A stretch of 32,000 bases of DNA, from NCBI GenBank assembly GCA_030656015.1, contig JAUSNX010000012.1, positions 208,670-240,669 on the forward strand, written 5' to 3'. Shown here piece after piece: positions 29,356-32,000 of this stretch. Each line of letters starts with the position of its first letter. Positions within the stretch are counted from its first letter, which is position 1. The notes beneath the pieces are model-generated. The model searched no databases. It was not told the DNA's origin and worked only from the letters and a program-made list of their open reading frames with translations. This DNA is from Methanobacteriaceae archaeon (lineage in GTDB: Archaea > Methanobacteriota > Methanobacteria > Methanobacteriales > Methanobacteriaceae). The position numbers were made by a program, and so were the translations under genes.

Positions 29356-30522
29356 ATGGCCTACCATAAGACAATTATAGTTATCCGAACAAATTGTTAT
29401 TCAATGAATACTATGCGTAAAATGCAGGTCCTAAGTGATACTGCCCAGTTTGATCTCTGCGATTATGTGAATCACCAAACAAGCTCTCGGCCAAATTTAC
29501 CTGGAATTTACTACAGTACTGCCCACGGAGGATGTCAAGTTCCCCTATTTAAGGTTTTAATGACTAATAAGTGCATTAATGATTGCAAGTATTGTGTGAA
29601 TCATAGTAAAAGAAATTTTACCCGGATGGAACTCAGCCCTGAAGAATTAACCCGCGTTTTCTTGAATTACTATCAAAAAAAATATGTAGAAGGGTTATTT
29701 TTAAGTTCTGGAATTTCTGGAGACATAGACCCATCCATGGAAAAGGTGGTGGAAGTGGCACGACTTCTAAGATTAGAACACGGTTATTCTGGATATATAC
29801 ACCTTAAAATTCTTCCAGGTTCATCAAAAGACCTCATTAAAAGAGCCATGGGCTTGGCCAATCGAGTTAGTGTTAATATTGAAGCTGCCACTCCAGATGG
29901 TCTGGCTGAACTTTCCAGTACCAAAGACTATCAAAAAGACATTATGCGGCGTCTAAAATGGATAAAAAATATCCATAACAAAGATCCCCTTTATGCACCT
30001 TCAGGCCAAACCACCCAGATGATTGTAGGGGCCACTGATGAAACTGATGAAGATATTTTAAATAGAGTTAAATGGCTTTATGATAAGTTAGATGTTAAAA
30101 GAAGTTATTTTAGTGCTTTTAAACCTTTAGAAGACACTCCCCTAGAATCCAGAGCAGAACCTCACCATAATAGGCCTAATAGGCTTTATCAGGCCGATGC
30201 ACTTTTAAATTCATATAATTTTAATTTAGAAGAACTAGTTTTTAAGGAAAATGGACTTTTAGATGTGGACGAAGATCCAAAGTATTCTGCTGCTAGGTCC
30301 ATGGATATTTTTCCAGTGGAAATCAATCATGCATCATATCATGATTTAATCCGGGTCCCGGGGATTGGAACTATTTCAGCTGGAAAAATAATTGCTATTC
30401 GTAAAAAACATACATTTACTAAATTGGAAGAATTAAAAAAGTTAGGTGTTGCAGTAAAACGTGCGGAACCATTTATAAAACTTAAAGGAATTTATCAAAC
30501 ACCTTTAGATTTTTTTAATTAA
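29356..30522 (+). CDS. Radical SAM protein with C-terminal helix-hairpin-helix ('putative DNA modification/repair radical SAM protein' family)
   Basis: The CINDCKYC (CxxxCxxC) cluster motif follows LFKVLMTNKC. The N-terminal VLSDTAQFDLC motif and C-terminal LIRVPGIGTISAGKIIAIRKK (HhH) are also present. The real start is probably one of the internal ATGs at 29401, 29410 or 29419. No SD is evident at any candidate. Confidence 0.8.
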   Translation: MAYHKTIIVIRTNCYSMNTMRKMQVLSDTAQFDLCDYVNHQTSSRPNLPGIYYSTAHGGCQVPLFKVLMTNKCINDCKYCVNHSKRNFTRMELSPEELTRVFLNYYQKKYVEGLFLSSGISGDIDPSMEKVVEVARLLRLEHGYSGYIHLKILPGSSKDLIKRAMGLANRVSVNIEAATPDGLAELSSTKDYQKDIMRRLKWIKNIHNKDPLYAPSGQTTQMIVGATDETDEDILNRVKWLYDKLDVKRSYFSAFKPLEDTPLESRAEPHHNRPNRLYQADALLNSYNFNLEELVFKENGLLDVDEDPKYSAARSMDIFPVEINHASYHDLIRVPGIGTISAGKIIAIRKKHTFTKLEELKKLGVAVKRAEPFIKLKGIYQTPLDFFN

Positions 30523-30610
30523 TAAATAGCTGATAATTTCTTATTTTTAATTAAAATTTTTTAAATTGATTTTAAGATATAGCTAATAATATATCAAAAT
30601 GAATAATTTA

Positions 30611-30652
30611 TTATAACTTAGATGTTATAAGTTATAACTTTTAACTTATAAT
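30611..30652. repeat. Copy C (diverged) of dispersed TTATAAGTT/AACTTATAA element
   Basis: ttataacttagatgTTATAAGTTataacttttAACTTATAAt has 9-bp inverted arms with a 9-nt spacer, plus the inner palindrome AGTTATAACT. It lies in the convergent gap between the radical SAM gene and the ParA-partner gene. Confidence 0.65.
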
Positions 30653-30691
30653 AAAAATCTATAAAAAATTAAAGAAATTTAAAAAAATAAA

Positions 30692-31237
30692 CTATATCTC
30701 ATCGAAAAGATCCCATATTTCAGGATATTTTTCTTCAACTGCTTCTTCAATTAATTTTGACGCTTCTTTACTGATACTAAATTCTGGTTGTGTTTTTTTG
30801 AGATATCTTAAAACAGCTGCTGAGCGAGAAGACCATAGCGTAATTCGGGGATTCTTTTTAACATCACTAATCACCATATTTATTCTCTGATTTTCAGCAG
30901 AATCGGCTTCATCTGCGTCATTGGTAGTTGTAGATTTTGAAATTAAAGATTTAATTGGCTTTTCAACTTTGGGAGATGAATTATCAGAAGGTCTGGAAAC
31001 AGGGGTTTTAGTTTTAGATGAATCCGCTTTTACAGATTTTCTAGATTTCTGAGATTTAGAAGATCTGTTATTCTTTAAATCCTCAGATATTTCTATTTCA
31101 TCAGAACCACTTTTTAGTTGATTTTCTTCAGTTTCATTATTCTCATCCCGGGTTTTGGCCTTAATCAAAGCATCCAAGCCCATTCCTAGACCCGTGCTTT
31201 TTGATGGGGGAGATTTACGACGGGCCATATTAACCAT
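30692..31237 (-). CDS. ParA-partner protein: ParB-type N-terminal ParA-interaction peptide + disordered linker + putative C-terminal RHH (SegB/ParG-like role inferred)
   Basis: (MVN)MARRKSPPSKSTGLGMGLDALIKAK matches the conserved ParB/Spo0J N-terminus (GLGrGLdALl). About 100 aa of S/K/D/E/N-rich sequence follow. The C-terminus is NPRITLWSSRSAAVLRYLKKTQPEFSISKEASKLIEEAVEEKY. ATG 31237 overlaps parA by 8 nt. The alternative ATG 31228 lies 1 nt after the parA stop and follows GGATGGT. Confidence 0.7.
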   Translation of the reverse strand: MVNMARRKSPPSKSTGLGMGLDALIKAKTRDENNETEENQLKSGSDEIEISEDLKNNRSSKSQKSRKSVKADSSKTKTPVSRPSDNSSPKVEKPIKSLISKSTTTNDADEADSAENQRINMVISDVKKNPRITLWSSRSAAVLRYLKKTQPEFSISKEASKLIEEAVEEKYPEIWDLFDEI

Positions 31238-32000
31238 CCCGGTTAATGAGTTCCTGAGCCAGTTTTAAATAGGCAGTAGTGCCGGCACTTTCCTGATCAT
31301 ATAATATGCATGGTTTTCCATAGCTAGGTGCCTCTGCCAAACGAACATTACGTGGAATTGTAGTTTTAAATATGTATTCTTCCTCACCAAAATATTTCTT
31401 AACCTCTTGGTGAACATCTCTGGCTAAACGTGTCCTAGAATCGTATAAAGTTATTAAAATACCCTTAATATTAGCTGAAGTCTTTAAACGCTCTTCAACA
31501 AGATTTATAGTTTTTAATAAGTCAGCCATTCCTTCCAAAGCATAATATTCCGCCTGAATAGGAATGATAACACTATCTGATGCAACCAGTGCATTTAGGG
31601 TGAGTATGCCAAGAGAAGGAGGAACATCAATTAAAATATAGTCAAACATTCCCTTTACACTTTTTATGGCATCTTGAAGAATAGAATGATATCCAATCTC
31701 CCTACTAAGTTCTACTTCAGCCCCACTAAGTGAAATATTACTGGGGACAATGTACAAATCATCTAAAATAGTAGGAATCATTACTTCTTCCATGTTATTT
31801 TGCCTGCTCAACACCGTGTAAATAGTATTTTCCAGTTCGCCTTTTTGAACTCCAAAACCTGTTGTAGCATTACCTTGTGGGTCTAAATCTATTACCAGAA
31901 CCTTTTTATCCATAAGGGCTAGTGCAGTTGATAAGTTCACAGCAGTAGTTGTTTTTCCACAGCCACCTTTTTGATTAATTATTGAAATTACTTCTCCCAT
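31230..32000 (-). CDS. parA: ParA/Soj-family partition ATPase (deviant Walker A)
   Basis: ISIINQKGGCGKTTTAVNLS (deviant Walker A KGGxGKT), VLVIDLDPQGNAT and DYILIDVPPSLG are present. The protein closely resembles bacterial chromosomal Soj at 256 aa. Its ATG falls on the last three bases of the window, so the upstream region is not visible. Confidence 0.9.
   Translation of the reverse strand: MGEVISIINQKGGCGKTTTAVNLSTALALMDKKVLVIDLDPQGNATTGFGVQKGELENTIYTVLSRQNNMEEVMIPTILDDLYIVPSNISLSGAEVELSREIGYHSILQDAIKSVKGMFDYILIDVPPSLGILTLNALVASDSVIIPIQAEYYALEGMADLLKTINLVEERLKTSANIKGILITLYDSRTRLARDVHQEVKKYFGEEEYIFKTTIPRNVRLAEAPSYGKPCILYDQESAGTTAYLKLAQELINRDG

Overview
AT-rich archaeal chromosomal segment, almost certainly from a pseudomurein-walled methanogen of the Methanobacteriales (Methanobacterium/Methanobrevibacter-like). 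Hallmark genes are F420-dependent methylene-H4MPT dehydrogenase (mtd), bifunctional Fae-Hps, Alba, iron-sulfur flavoprotein, TrpB2, a CbiA/CfbB-type a,c-diamide synthase, and two large PbH1 'adhesin-like' surface proteins. I support 27 protein-coding genes, and most real starts carry GGTGAT/GGAGG-type Shine-Dalgarno sequences. I found no rRNA, tRNA, CRISPR array, transposase or integrase. All antisense ORFs in the track look like shadow ORFs. No complete, obviously novel multi-gene system stands out; the window is housekeeping metabolism mixed with cell-envelope genes. Things worth a second look: (1) a ParA/Soj ATPase coupled to a hybrid partner with a ParB-type N-terminal GLGxGLDALI peptide, a long disordered linker and a putative RHH, but no ParB core (possibly SegAB-like); (2) a ~30-40-nt palindromic TTATAAGTT/AACTTATAA element present in three intergenic regions, one next to the partition locus and one just downstream of a ModE-like regulator; (3) a Wzy-like polymerase translationally coupled (ATGA) to a GT-B-fold enzyme, followed by a stand-alone leaderless C39-like cysteine peptidase, as candidate cell-wall glycan machinery; (4) a tandem YfbR-like HD protein (degenerate plus intact domain) in an operon with a small acidic helical protein; (5) a sortase-signal-like C-terminus (MQNTG + TM + basic tail) on one adhesin; (6) an exported Cys/His-rich zinc-ribbon-like protein; and (7) an orphan HhH radical-SAM 'DNA modification/repair' gene. 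All functional calls come from motif recognition by eye; no database search was possible.
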